A DNA stretch of 62,537 bases, filler included, from Choristocarpus tenellus KU-1152 (lineage: Eukaryota; Protista; Phaeophyceae): NCBI GenBank assembly GCA_964200185.2. It is 10 parts of 10 records of this genome, joined end to end, with 100 filler letters (N's around TTAATTAATTAA, not from the genome) between each part and the next. Parts side by side here need not be neighbours in the genome. Positions count along the whole stretch, not along the records: positions 23,020 to 29,564 come from CAXNAD020007892.1; positions 29,665 to 34,058 come from CAXNAD020014757.1; positions 34,159 to 36,733 come from CAXNAD020026630.1; positions 36,834 to 44,794 come from CAXNAD020005338.1; 6 more parts are not named here. One strand, 5' to 3'. This document shows positions 26,150 to 39,638 of the stretch, piece by piece. The notes below the pieces were generated by a model that ran no database searches, had not been told where the DNA came from, and saw only the letters and a list, made by a program, of their open reading frames with translations. A program made the translations under genes and the position numbers. How positions within the stretch are numbered: position 1 is the stretch's first letter; the number at the start of each line of letters is the position of its first letter.

Positions 26150-27250
26150 AAACTCCTTTTGAAAATCTTGGTGTGCGCTCAAGGCACAATCGGCACCATC
26201 ACAGTAGCATTATCTGCTCCTACGCACTTGGAGATAGATTTACAATAGACCCTGCTGCACTTGAACTCCTCCTCGACCCATGAACAGCATCTATCTATCA
26301 TCCCATGTTGAGGTGCAAGAACGAAATGCCCTTGGAGCAAAACAAATAATAGAGTCAAAGGAGAAAAAGAGAAGAACTTTTTTTTTCCTTCCTCAAAGGT
26401 CCCCACAATGCAGAGAGTCCATGCCTTGACATAAGCCCTATCTCCAAGTGTGGGGATATTGGAGCTGCGAGGGAGATAAATGCAGCTTACTTAATTTCTT
26501 GCAATCAATAAGTATTTCAACAATTGAATAACAAAGAGCGCAACATGTAAGAAAACGTACCATGGCTGCACTTGAGACATCCATAGCATGTTTGTCTCTC
26601 AACAGAAATCAACGTGATTCCCCCCGCCCCCCATCCTCTGCCTTTCCATGGCAGAACACACCTCCGAGAATAGAAAACATTGAAGACCCAGAACATCCAG
26701 AGAGGAAGGGCCCTTCCCCACGCCCGATGCTCTAGGTCAAGGTCACCTCCGAATCCACACACGTACTATTAGGGTTTGATAATAAGGGGGTCGAGTGGGA
26801 GAATGTATCAGACTTGGAGTGTAAGGTTAGGGAGGGAGGTATGGCAACCAAACGGAAATAGCTGGAACATTGCATTCCTCTTCTTTTAGGGTTGTGAATA
26901 TGCGAGTCAATTGCAACAATGTCCTTAGACGATAAAAGTTGCATCATGATCGAAAGCTCCTAAAAAGGTATAGTATTGAATTATTGGAAGTAGCGATCAC
27001 GAAGCTGGCTGCAACCAGACTCACCTCCCAAAAGGTGTACCACAGTAGAGGGTACTGTGCCAAGTATATCAAGATAAGGACAGCCCACCCAAGAGACCCT
27101 GCCACCTCACCCACGGCAATTTGCCAGCTCCCACTTTCTGGGTGCTGTTGCTGCTGTTGCTTTAGTCGGTAGGCGATCCATTGCAGCAAGAGGCGGCATT
27201 GCTGCGTTTGCAAATGTTGTTCCTGCTTCTCTGCCTGCCACCGTAAGGGG
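26150..27250 (-). mobile_element. Possible decayed LTR-retroelement gag region
   Basis: WKGRGWGAGG...TCYGCLKCSH resembles a degenerate CCHC knuckle after a Gly/Arg-rich stretch; polyQ upstream. Confidence 0.3.
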
Positions 27251-29664
27251 GAAGAGACACTCGAATTATTAGGTTACGTGCGAACGTGTTGACATCAGTC
27301 TTTATGTTCCTCGTAATATACAGGTATGTGCTTCAAGATGTACATCGATCTTGTATGTTCTCGTTGTCCAATTTGTACCCCTAAACGGTGTGATCATAGA
27401 AAACCCTCGAAGACCCTACTTAAAATCAAGCACAAACCGAGCTCTTCACTCTTTCTCCACTGCACACTCACCTCTTTGTCTACTCCACATTCCTCAGGTT
27501 CAGGTAAGGTGTTGCGCTTACGTAACGGCGTTGGTGTGTGGTGCTGCCCTGAGTGTAAGAAAGGGTTAAGCCTAGTCCCCCATGATATCATTGTAAGGTT
27601 AGTTTATCTCCCTCCTTCAACCAAACCTAGTAAAGGGAAAGGTTTACGAGACAAATTCCCACTCTTCCAAAACCCACTCCCACATATCTACCTATTGTTT
27701 CCCTAGATGCGTTTTGGCGGGTTTTGAATGTGTGATCCATCCTCCAAAATTTAGTTTCTCATCGAAAAACTTTGTAGTACTAATAGTGAGTATGAGTAGA
27801 GGATTGGTTCCAAGTAATGGAGAAATCGGTGTGTAAGGTTGTTAAGGAATTAATATTACTTGGTGGTCCACGCATATATTCCTCCCATGAACTTCGAGGG
27901 TTCGAATCCCTTCGACTACAGACTTCTATTCTCAGATATCTCTAGGTCTGATGATCTAATTCCAGTGCTAACCACAAGGGATTGTACACCTGTACCAACT
28001 TGCCTGTACAATCCATGTCGATGGCTATATCACAAAAAGGCTGAACCAAGTTCGAGGTGAAAACCCCATGGAAGGCAAATAATTCGAGGGAGGGGATGGA
28101 ATGGGGAGGTAGGGGCTAGGTAAAGGAAACTGAACCCAATGTACGAGAATGAGCAAGACAGCGAATTGAGGCAGTACAACTATTAGTTGTACTAGTTTTA
28201 GAAGAATATTTAGTTAGTAGATAGTATGAGAAGTAGTGCAATATGTAGTGCCTCTGACCACACGTTCGGATATCCCCAAAATAATGTGAAGCAATAATGA
28301 GTGAAACCAATCGGGAGGTAGGCAAAGTTGCACTTTAACCCTTTGAGAAGGGCAAAAAGATTACATTTTGTACAATTGCTCAAAGAAACAAACAAATTGA
28401 GAGGTATGTTGGCAGGTTTGGACCCTTTTGTATTCTAAGCCATCTTTCTTACCCTGTGCAATATATTCCATTTCATTGCTATATGTGCACAACAGTGCAC
28501 GCAAAATTGGCTTTCACCCCGTTCCAAACACAATGTGACACCACTATTCAGGAAAGGATGTTTCTGCAATTGTTTAATCTGATGTTTTTTGTCTCTCTTG
28601 GGATCCTCAAAATGCAACCCTGGCAACCTCTCCATTGGCTTGATTCAAAGAGTATTTGCTGAAATGTGGTGTTACTACTTTTTGTGTGGAAAGGGGGAAC
28701 ATTAATTTCTCATATGCTGTTGTACACATAAAGCAATGAAAAAGAGAGTATTGCACAGGGTAAGACAGACTACTTAGAATGCAAATGGGTCCAAACCTGC
28801 TTACCTCTCAATTGGTTTGGCTCAATGTACTAAGTCCCAATTACCCAGCTACCCAGCTAACCACCAATATACGATCCATGGATTTCGTTTGGGGATCCCT
28901 ACAATCGCGCAAAACATATCGAAAATGATTCTCTATCTCAACCCAAAAGGCTGTCTTTGGCACGATTTGAAAAATACTCTGTTCGGCAAAGACGTTATTG
29001 AACAGAACATTATACTGTTTATCCAGAGTTGACTATCATATACTTCCTCCGTCCAGCATCACTTCGAATAGTGTGTGTTTTGGCGGAAAAAAATTATATC
29101 GTGGCGTCGAAAAGGTAGACAAAACAGGATTTTGTTGGGATTTTAGGGTAACCTCATAAGCTATTGAGTATTTTTCAAGACTCTAAACAAAAATATGAAC
29201 CCCCGATTTCCCATCTTATACTATGCATTGATTTATAGCCTGCCCCGCACACTGTTTGAATGATGCAGAACAGAGGAAGCACAGATAGATAAACCACAAA
29301 AAATGTGGAGACATGCATCTATCTACACATAACGACAAACAGAAATTTTTATTTTCTTTGAAGGCAAAAAGCAATTGTCTCGACTATCATCAACATTACC
29401 ACGGATTGGCATGGAACAGATAGGCCCATTTCTTAGACAATAAGGATAAGTTCACCCTGAAGCAAGTACAATACCGATTGCATTTTGAGACTAATTTTAA
29501 GGGGGGGGTGGGGGGGTGGGAACAAAGGAAATTAATAGAACAAAATAGAGATTAGGACGGAGAGNNNNNNNNNNNNNNNNNNNNNNNNNNNNNNNNNNNN
29601 NNNNNNNNTTAATTAATTAANNNNNNNNNNNNNNNNNNNNNNNNNNNNNNNNNNNNNNNNNNNN

Positions 29665-29875
29665 ATTGATTTCCCAGGAATGCCACGATTAATCAGTCGC
29701 TTCTACGATTGATTTGCCAGCTAACCACAATGAATTTCCCACGAATGCTACTATTGTTTGTCGATTCGACGATTGATTTCCCGTTTTTGTACAAAAACAA
29801 TATTGTACCAAATCAATTCTGTATCGCTTTTTTCGGGCATGCCTATGGGTGGACAAAGTCGGGGCACCTACTGTA
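29665..29875. mobile_element. Right part of a Tc1/mariner-type MITE (same family as 1-66)
   Basis: Ends GGGGCACCTACTG then TA; internal ATTGATTTCCC sub-repeats. Confidence 0.55.
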
Positions 29876-31086
29876 TGTATTAGGGGGTATCGTAATAAAG
29901 AGAGTCAAAGGAAACGAGAGGTATCCAGAGCTACAAAGGGATGCCAGAAAATACGTGTAAAATTCGGGAATTAAGATGAAACAAGGACCTTTTGGGCTAG
30001 GATATTCCATATGAAAAGAGACAACTCCTCGCAAACCTTTCTTTGAAATACAGTGTCGGAAACACATTTCCTTGGGATCACTGTGTGGGAGAGCAGCAGT
30101 ACTGCCATGCTCCAACGATCCACTAACTTGGCACGAATCGACCGACGGCATTTACTTCTTGGACTCAGGCCAACAAGAAAGTGTACCCACCCACAAGCGT
30201 GTCAACAACACGCTTCAGAGATATTGCATACACCCTATCAATAGCAGAACCTTGGATTCTTCCTTAACTTACCTCTCGCCTACCACATCGTATGCACGTA
30301 TCTCTGTAATGAGAAGATATGGTTGGACATTTGTTGTCACCCACACATGTGCAGATTGGGGCGGATGAGGATATTTACGCAGAATTCAGAGAGAGGTTTG
30401 AGATTGAGGTGTTCGCTGGACCGATGCCCTACTGCTTTCTGACATTCGTGAGATGCAGGCCCTTCTACATTACCAAGGCCACGCAACAGTGTGTCAGAAA
30501 ATTAAACTATTTTCCTTCCAAAGGCATGCAAGAAAGGAGCACACAAACGGTCAAGACGCATAATGGCGCCCCCCCCCCTGGTGTTCCAAAAATGCAATCC
30601 TCGCTCATCACAAGAACACATGCACGGCCTCTTCATTCTTGGCCGCATTGCATTGGGCCTGTGCTTGTGTTCATCATATTACCAGTGAACTCCTGGTCCA
30701 GTGTTGAGGGAGAACTGGAACAAGCCCACTCAAGGACTATGATTCATGATGATGGTCAATGTGCTTGTGCCTGTAACTGCGACTTCTGTGACGAAGGTGG
30801 AGGATGCAGCTCTTATAAACGTCAAGGTTGCACTCGAGAGCACTTTCAATATGATGGACTTCCTCGTGTGAGTTTCCACGAAGCTATACGACCCTCTAAT
30901 GCGCTTTCCCTACAATACCACACCTCACAGATGCCCTCCTCTCCCACCACCAAAGTAGAAACAGTTAGCTGTTCTGAATCCAAACCCTTCAGGTTTACAT
31001 ACTTACTTACATGTGGATATTGCGCTTGGTCCTATGTTCCAAACATTTCATATTTACGCACGTCTCCCTCAAACTAAACACCACCA

Positions 31087-31345
31087 GAGTCAAAATATCT
31101 TAGAGGGTAGAGCCGCGACCGTTTGCCCAAAATCCAATGTTGCAATTTTGACGTAATTTTGGCTATTGTGTTTGTTAGGAAGTTTCAATATCATTGTTCC
31201 GAACACCTTTTCATAAAGTATACATTTTACCTACTCTGAAACATTTTGGAGTAGTAGGTAAAATGTCGTAAAAATCCATAGGAAGCCAAGCCCCAAATAA
31301 TGGACAAACAGGGCAAAATTCGTACCCTCTAAGGGAGTTTTACTC
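31087..31345 (+). mobile_element. Sola2-type MITE family A, copy 2, with a perfect 4-bp TSD
   Basis: ACCA|GAGTCAAAATATCTTAGAGGGTA...TACCCTCTAAGGGAGTTTTACTC|ACCA. Confidence 0.88.
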
Positions 31346-31589
31346 ACCACCCTTCAAAAACAAATCCGTAAGGTGCGAGAGAGGACTGTCCTTGAGCCCC
31401 TCCACGAACAGAGTACAGGTGGTTCAGAGCAACAACGGGCAACCAGTGATGCAGCATGTCATCAATCTTACCTCCTTGTTATCATATGATATATAAATAC
31501 AAGCACCGACACAAAACAGATCACTCCTGATAACAAGTATGTTGCGTTGCCTACCAACGCTGCACACTATCCTTCTCTTTATGCACCCT

Positions 31590-31726
31590 GAACGCTGTTT
31601 TCTCGGCTAAGCCTCACCGCTCCCAACAGGACGGCGAAGGATGAAGTGATTGTGAGGATGAAGGTCAAGAATACTGAATTGAGGGCAAAGAATCTCATGA
31701 CCGAAGACTCCATCCTTGCCACCTTC
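31590..31726 (+). pseudogene. Diverged fragment of the Sola2 SAP-like exon
   Basis: TLFSRLSLTAPNRTAKDEVIVRMKVKNTELRAKNLMTEDSILAT aligns without gaps to TLSSRLGLVTPNGTTKDEIIERIKAKHTVFRAKNLITDDIILAT at 58548-58680. Confidence 0.85.
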
Positions 31727-31985
31727 GAGCCAAAGCTCTTAGAGAGTAAAGCTGCGTTCAGTTGGGGGCCAAAATCAAATGTTGCGATTTTGATGTAATT
31801 TTGGCTATCGTGTTTGTTAGGAAATGTCTATACCTATGTGTCGTCGGACTACCTTTGTATAACGTACACACTTTATCTACTCCTAAATATTTTGGATGGG
31901 AAAATGTCATTAAAAAACCCATGGGAAACCAAGCCCCAAATGGACAAACAAGGCAAAACTCGTACCCTCTAAGATACTTTCACTC
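31727..31985 (+). mobile_element. Sola2-type MITE family A, copy 3 (no TSD)
   Basis: GAGCCAAAGCTCTTAGAGAGTA...TACCCTCTAAGATACTTTCACTC. Flanks CTTC and AAGC differ. Confidence 0.85.
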
Positions 31986-32479
31986 AAGCAGGTGTCAAGT
32001 TATTATTGTAGTTCCACCTAGGCTCAACGTCACCAACTGGGTTCTTTTTTGTATGGTATCTCAACATCTTGACAAAATCAGAGGCCAGATAGGGCACTGC
32101 TCGGTTTTATCCATTTACATGATGAGCAATCATCAGTCCACGACAGTCTCCACCTAGAAATCTAGTCCCCAATTGGGCATGTCAGTCTTTGTGTTTCCCA
32201 TTGATCCCCTTCCCACACTTCTCTCCTTATCCTCCTAAGGAAGGATGTAGGAAGTCGGAAAGAGCTAGTGGGTTAAAGCTCATGATACCATCAAGGTAAT
32301 ATTGAGGTACCAGTATACCAAAGATATACTACCATAGAATGATAAGATACGGATTACGACAGGCAGTGTCCTGGCCTCTGATTTCTGTCAAGATACTAAT
32401 TATGAAGCAATTGTACCACACTTTGGTGTAATACTAATATGGTACGTGTTTGTGTAACATCATGAACAACGTCAGTGAT

Positions 32480-33050
32480 ATTTCATCACCTTATCCTAAA
32501 CACTACAAAAAAAATTTCCTGTCACACACGGGTGGATTTGTTTGGACACAATATGGAGTTGGTCAGAGCGAGAGAGAGAGAGAGGTAAGATGTTTAGGAG
32601 TGTGTTTCGAGCACCAAATAAGGTTGGGTAGGACTGTGCTTTCTTTGTGCCGAAGACCATGTACTAGTAATACGTGAAGATTGTAAGCACCTGGAAGTTT
32701 AAGTGCGAGTAATGGCGTTTCCTACTACACATCATAGTTTGCAATAAACTCAAAACGAAGTACTACTTGCTGTTGTGGGCTGGATATCTAAAGATAGGTT
32801 CAACAGAGTCGGATGTTGTCTACAAGTGAGGATACAACGGTTATCTTGCGGTGGGGTGATGCATGCCTTGCTAAGAATGAAGTCTCTTTGAAGTAAGAAA
32901 AAAAAAGACCTTAAGGTACGCATCAACTTCTGCACTATATTTGGGTTTTGCAGTGGTGTAGTGGTGCAAGTGTCAAAGCATGTTTGAAAGACAAGGTGGT
33001 GGCAGATGAACCATGTTATTTGGAAAAAGTTTTCCACAGGAATAAGAGCC
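32480..33050 (+). mobile_element. Possible decayed RTE-clade LINE RT C-terminus
   Basis: CE*W...CNKLKTKYYLLLWAG and upstream FLSHTGGFV resemble RTE post-RT motifs; many stops. Confidence 0.35.
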
Positions 33051-34158
33051 AGAGTACATAGGGACACCTATTACTGTCAGTTGAGCAGGACAACCATCAG
33101 GTCAGATCTGTTGAGACTGGGAGAACAAAAATTCCTGTTTGATCTCCAACAACATCACACAAAACTTTTTATCTGCAACACCACATGCTACCAACCAGCA
33201 GCTCACTCCCAGTTAAGGAGCGAAGGGCCTGTGGTTGAGCAACGCTATTACAAACCACAAAAAACAAAGTTAAAAGGAACATTCAGACTCAAGACAAACA
33301 AGACACACATTCATGAAAATATCAAATCCCCCCTGTGTAAAAACAAGGTATACCCGCTATTAACATGAAAAAAAAGAAAAGGCATCAGGTGTGGGGACAG
33401 ATGGAGTATCAGCAGCAGAACAGTTGCTGTAAGGGAAAAAAACAAATATATCATCACTATATCCTGCCTCCAAAAAACCTTCACACACTCTAAATCAAGT
33501 TAGAATTGCCTTTGATTTGTCTTCACAGGGACAAACTGTGAAATCTTGCTAAGCTGGTACTCTCGCCAAGGTGGCTCCTGAGAGGTGGGCCATATATATA
33601 TAGAGATGTATGAGCAAGAAAAAATAAATACACAAAAATAGCCACTTGATGTACTCCGAACTTCCAAGGTGGTCCCACATAACCCATGTAGGGCTTCAAT
33701 ACTCCATTTGTGCAAAAAAAAAAATCTCTAAAAAGTAATACAATTTTTCAACAAACATCCCCTCCTCAAGGGGGTTTGGTGTGGGGGATGAGGGGAAGGG
33801 AGTGAACCATGTGAACAGGAGAATCCACACACCAAAGCGCAGATTGACTAACCTGGTAAACACACAGTAGCAACACATGCTCCCTATTAGGCGTGCGTGT
33901 GTAAGCACCCTCTGAAGAGATTGAGAGAGAAGGTAAAAAAAAAATTGATACCACAGAAGTGACCTCTTCGCAAAACAACCCCCACTCAGCATGAAACACC
34001 ATCTCCACTGTAACTTGTCTCACGAACAAGCACACACGGTCAAGGTTTCTTCTCCCCCNNNNNNNNNNNNNNNNNNNNNNNNNNNNNNNNNNNNNNNNNN
34101 NNTTAATTAATTAANNNNNNNNNNNNNNNNNNNNNNNNNNNNNNNNNNNNNNNNNNNN

Positions 34159-34174
34159 CCAGATACTTTGACCC
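34159..34174. mobile_element. Sola2 right TIR at contig start (CCAGATACTTTGACCC)
   Basis: Exact reverse complement of GGGTCAAAGTATCTGG at 36712. Confidence 0.7.
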
Positions 34175-36711
34175 CCGGCACATGGCTATGTATGTACTAG
34201 GTATATACAGTCATGTCCCATTGGAAGACACCCTTCGTTCTGATTGGGTAGTACCACTCCACATCCATATCCATCCTACTTCAATGTTTTGCACTGTGCT
34301 GGAATATTGACCACCTTATTTTATGCGGTACATAGTCCCCTTTCCCCGGTCTCTGAAACTAATGCACAGTAGTATCACCATCTCAAGAAGTAGGCAAGCA
34401 GTGTTTTAAGTGCTCTAGGTTACCAATGGTTGAGATAATGTCTGCATGACTCGACTTTATTCCATTGATCTGCCCGTGCCTGTCCCGCTGCTGCGTACTA
34501 TGTATGTCATGTGTCAGGCCAAAAGGCTTAAAGTTGCGGTAAAAAGCTCCCATGTCACATCCACAGCAGTGGGGAGAAACAAGGGTACGCCAGATTTAAC
34601 AAGTTTGTCTCGTGAAGGTTTAGGGTTAGGGTTAGTAATGGACAAGGTTGGATCAAGACAAGAGTGGGAAGAAGAAGGAGACTGGGTGGAAGAGGAAGAG
34701 TGGCTAGGCCACAGCAAATGGGTGGAAGATGAGGGTGAAGGGGAAGAGGAAGAAGAGGGGACTTGCTGTGAGTTCACGGATTGCCAAGGAAAGGCATCAT
34801 TTGGACTGAGAGGAGGAGCAGCACGTTACTGGTGAGGGTAATAATGTGCAGTGGACGGATTATTGGATGGGTGGGTAGTTGACGATGGATTGTGGATATT
34901 GCTAGAAGATTCTTCTTTTCCAAGCATAGGGTGGTACTCGCTTATTCCCACTCAACAATTCCTATTCCACCATTATGATGACGTTAAATGATCGAAGATT
35001 CCTAGTCCTCTTCAATTTTGGGTTCCGTCTTTGCTTAATCTTGCCGAAGACTTGGCTCACCATAACATTTGAACTAGCAAGATTTAGATCTTCAGAAGAG
35101 CTGCGAGATGATAAGATGATCACCTGACTTGCAGCTAGTTGCCCTGATAATCTGAGTCGCACTGAAATTTCTGTGATTTACACCCTAAAACGAACCAATA
35201 TATATCGCGCACTACACAGAAGTGAGTGACTCTGTCTCAGTAACTCCTTGATCGTTGCCAAGCACCTCCCTTCAAGGACAGCATTAATTACTCCTCTTCA
35301 GTGGCCCTGCTGTCAGGCAGCACCTTCCCACCTCACCTCCCCAATCCCAAGTTTTCCATTGCCTTTTCCTGTGATTGATCTCATTCCAAACTGATGCTTG
35401 CAAGTTGGAGGTGGGCTGTTTGCCCCTCCACAATCCTTGTCACCAGTCTCGTCATGGACATGCTTCCTGCCAGAGTTCATCTCGGCCTCTGTCATTTTGA
35501 ACCGACCCTCATCTCTAATCCTTTTAGTGGTTTGTTTTTCAAGCTAATTGTTGCATTTCTTTTTTTTTCATCCAACCCAGAGAATGAAGAGTCACTGTAC
35601 CATCCCATTTGATTCAATCGAACTCCTTTGAGGGTGTGGGTGACCTCAAGGCGCAGGAGGTACACCTTGCCGCCAAACTTCCGTTTCCTAATGCAATAAA
35701 ACCCTTAGGACTGATACTTCGATCAAGAACCTGGTGCGCTCTGACAAGGACCGAGAGCTGGACATAACAAATCTGCACAGAAAGAGCCCACAGTTTTCAA
35801 ATTGTAATTTCAGAACAGAACCAACCCCCCCCCAAGCACGCTGAAAATTAGGAATGAAATCTGGAAACCATCAATGACTTAAAGAACCCCCCTGGTTCAA
35901 AGTCCTAACAAAGTCTTCAAGACAACTTGCTGAAGTATTGGCAAGAAGATGTCCATGTTTGTGTGTGCGTTTTTATGGGTGTAGACATATTTCTCAATGC
36001 ATAGTTATTTGTTTATGTTATTACCTTTCAAGCTGGTTACTGTCAGCTCTTCTACCACATATTGGTGAGGAGAAATTAACCCAGATCGTTGAGGCAAGAT
36101 CTGATAGTTTGTCCACAAGAAACCACCCGAATTTTAACTATGGATGTTGCAGTAATGTTTTCTCCTGAGGGTTTTATTGGAATTTTTTTCCCTCAAGCAA
36201 CTACTTCAGTGATGGAAACTAACAGGACGAATGCTTCCTTTTCTCCTTCCCACACTATCCCATTTGGCTTTGGTGTGTCTGACTGTGGACATGTTCCTGA
36301 AACCCTTTTTTGTTCGAGTGTAGCCAGGTACACAGGCTATTTGGCATGGTGGCAGTCCAACTCTGATCAATGGGTTTTTGCTGAGGCAAAGCTGATCACC
36401 TCCTTCTTTTATGTTCATACCGGATGAGGACGGGCTTTCACTGATAAGTAGAAGCTGAAGTGGAACAAGGTTGTTGCACAAGAGATTCTGTCTCCCTGAC
36501 ATATAGGTAGAACCTCGATCCTGAGCATCTTGACATAAGTGAGCAAAGATCATTTGATGGAGTTGTTGTAATGGAAAACATGCTTTAATGGAGGTGGGTA
36601 GATGCTTTGGTCACTGATGACAATCTTCTCATCATTTTGCTTGCACTAGCGATGCCCCAGGTTGTTGTAAGGAGCATTCTTGTGATGGAGCAGGGGATGT
36701 TGATTGGTTAC

Positions 36712-36733
36712 GGGTCAAAGTATCTGGGGGGCG
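36712..36733. mobile_element. Sola2 left TIR at contig end (GGGTCAAAGTATCTGGGGGG)
   Basis: GRG terminus and the family motif; truncated by the gap. Confidence 0.7.
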
Positions 36734-36833
36734 NNNNNNNNNNNNNNNNNNNNNNNNNNNNNNNNNNNNNNNNNNNNTTAATTAATTAANNNNNNNNNNN
36801 NNNNNNNNNNNNNNNNNNNNNNNNNNNNNNNNN

Positions 36834-37030
36834 GGGTGTCTGGAAATCAGGGGCGAAGGGGGTTCGCCCTGGTTGGTCATCAAATGTGGGGGTGACTGGA
36901 AATCAGTGGCGAAGAGGTCGCACTGGTTGGTCACAAGGGTTGTTAGAATATAGGGAGAAAAGGGAATAGGGAGGAATACAAATGTAGAAAAATAATAATA
37001 ATAATCCAGAATTCGTGAGCAAAACAAAAG
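36834..37030 (+). repeat. Copy of the DIRS/Ngaro terminal repeat
   Basis: Shares GGAAATCAGTGGCGAAGAGGTCGCACT and ATAATAATAATCCAGAATTCGTGAGCAAAA with 52745-53050. Confidence 0.85.
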
Positions 37031-39638
37031 AATTGGGAGGAGAACGCCGGAAACTCTCTTATAGCCTGAAAAAGTCATCACAAGGCAATTTACCCTCTCT
37101 TATATCCCGTTTTTTCTAATATTGACCTCTCTTATTTAGGCGCACCAACTATACTGATTTTCGTAGTGGATTTTCATATCGCCGTTAGAGAAAATGCCAA
37201 AATAAATCTCATTCTGGGGACTCTGTAATGTTTGAAAATAGTAAACCCTTACTGTAGATCGACAAGGTCCTGGACGAGTGGAAGCTGAAGAGAGGACAAG
37301 AACAATCAAGGGTGATGCCCACCACTCCCACCACGCCATTGACCAGATGGAGGTCTAGCAGGGAGGCACAAAATGTTCTCACACCGATTACCCCAGTCAC
37401 GCAATGTCTCCGGAAGGCTCGACTGACATCCACCCCTAAAATACGAACCATCAAGGCGAAATCCGGACACATACCAACTGACAGGCTGCGTCTAGCCAAT
37501 GGAGTAGTCCTGGGTGGTGCTTGGAAGGTATGACAACCTCAGGTGGGGAGTTAGCTTCTGTGGTATCCCTTCTCTCTGGATCGTTTTTTTGGATCATTTT
37601 ACAATGTTGTATGCTGAGCAACTCGCGCTAATGCCGATAACCATTACACCAAGGAGGGATCATGCTCGAGAGTGGACATTTCTTTCTTACGTTGAGACTA
37701 TCTTGTGTCATTTTGACATCCTCGTGAAGGAAATGGAAGAGCAGTCGCAAGAGAAGAACTGGAGGGAGAGCCGCCTTGAGGAACAGCTGCGACAGGCTTT
37801 GGAGGCGTTGATGATGGCCGAAGAGGACAAACGAAGCGTCATGGTAGACTACTATGTTGCCTCCTGTACTCCATCTCAATTAACGTAGGGATCTTGCTCC
37901 CCCTACATCCCTAGAGATCTTCCATGACACGCACACTATCTCATTCGAGGATACTGAATGACTTCCCTCACGAAACAATTTCACGACGTAGGACTTGATG
38001 AAGTTGCGAGATATTTCCCATATCCTCCTTTTCTTCGTTCTCAATATACCTTATCACCATGATTCATGAGCCCATATGCCCTCACCGGGGCAACATTCTG
38101 GAACCATTAGTCCCCTCCTACTCTCCACCCTCGTCCAGCCTCCTTGCTTTTCCACATATCCCGAACTCCTTTCCTCGCCCTCTCGGAGCATAGGTGCGCC
38201 TGAACAAGGAGCGAGAGAGGATCAGTGGTCTGATAGATGACAATGCTTTCCTCCGGAAGGATCACTTGGAGACAAAGAATGACCTGCGCCGTCTGGGCGA
38301 GAGGTAAGCCCGCCCCTTCCGTAAGAACCCATCCTGGTCCCAAATGAAGTATTTTACCCATAGTAGCCCTTCCCTCGACTGTACTTGATTCGCAGGGATC
38401 GAGAGGAAACGACAGTACAAGGCTCCTCTCGAAGGTTCTTAGTACTCAATGTAGAAATCAGTTACAGAGTCTTGGTAAAGTTCCGTGTAGCATTGCCACT
38501 GAGCCAGCTGTACAATGCGTCCTCAGCAATACAGGGGATAGACACGCAGATGCTTTTTTTACGAGTGTGGTGGTCCAGGTGCTTTAGGGTACTGGCCACC
38601 ATATTCCAGTGACAATTATCTTCATGCCATATTATTTGAGGGCATACGAATGCTGATAGAAGACCCCTCTGAACAACAGCCTTTCATGCCTGTCTACTTG
38701 GCAAAGATGCAGAGATCTAGTTTACACAAAGGTGTTCACACTCTGTTGAGTAAGCCTAACAGATGGATTCCACTGGATAATCCATGCTGGTGTGACACCG
38801 CTGCAATCAATCAAAATTCTCCCATATTCTATCGTTTCTATTGGTCCAAGGTCACAGCTCGGACAGTGTTATGCACATCAACAGGCTGCATGTACCATTT
38901 TCTGATGTGATGCGGTTCTCTTAGCATCTCAACCCCTGTTGCCCACCCACCCCACTGCACTTGCCTCAACCTGACTTTCCCACCCCACTCCATGCTAACA
39001 CCTAACAAAAAACCCCAAAAGTTGTATACCCAAAAGTGCTTCAAAGGAGAAACATGTATCAGGGTTGTGTTGAGTATCTGTGTTGAATATCTGTTTGTTC
39101 TTGCAGAGTTGTGTGGGGGGGCCCTTTACAGTTGCAGAGGTATGCTTACCTTCCAGTTGTGGCTCTTGCTCCTGTGGGTTTTGTGGCTTTGTTGGCGGAT
39201 GATCGCCCCACTTTTTTTTCGCCCATGTAGTCTATACTGTTGTATTTTATTCAGTCATCGCCACCAGTTTTTTTGGCATCAAAAACCATACATCTTGCTT
39301 TCCTAAGGTGTGTTTGGTGTACATGATAATAATGATCGGTAGAGGTCTGAAAGCTTGTAAGGTTTACACACACGAGTGTGTAAAGACGTGTATGTGGAGG
39401 AGGCGGGATTGGAGGGTGCTGATGTACCTGCTGCCAAGGAACACGCAAAAAGTGATAGTACTGTTGAGTGTTTTGTTGTTCTGTTCACTTGAAGCTCTCT
39501 TCTCTTTGAGAGAATGTATGCCTTCAAAGGGAGTTGGTCAGTGACCTTGCCCACACTTGATGCACCAGGTCACATACCCTTCCCCATACCCGACCCTTTG
39601 ACCATCGGTACGCATGTGCCTTGTGGATTGGCTCTCAG

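Noticed and set aside
34446-34835. Glu-rich ORF
   Set aside because: Low-complexity purine tract with no domain evidence.
37050-38620. Coding-like segment, including ORF 37514-37888
   Set aside because: No recognisable domain, splice structure or termini; probably decayed TE.
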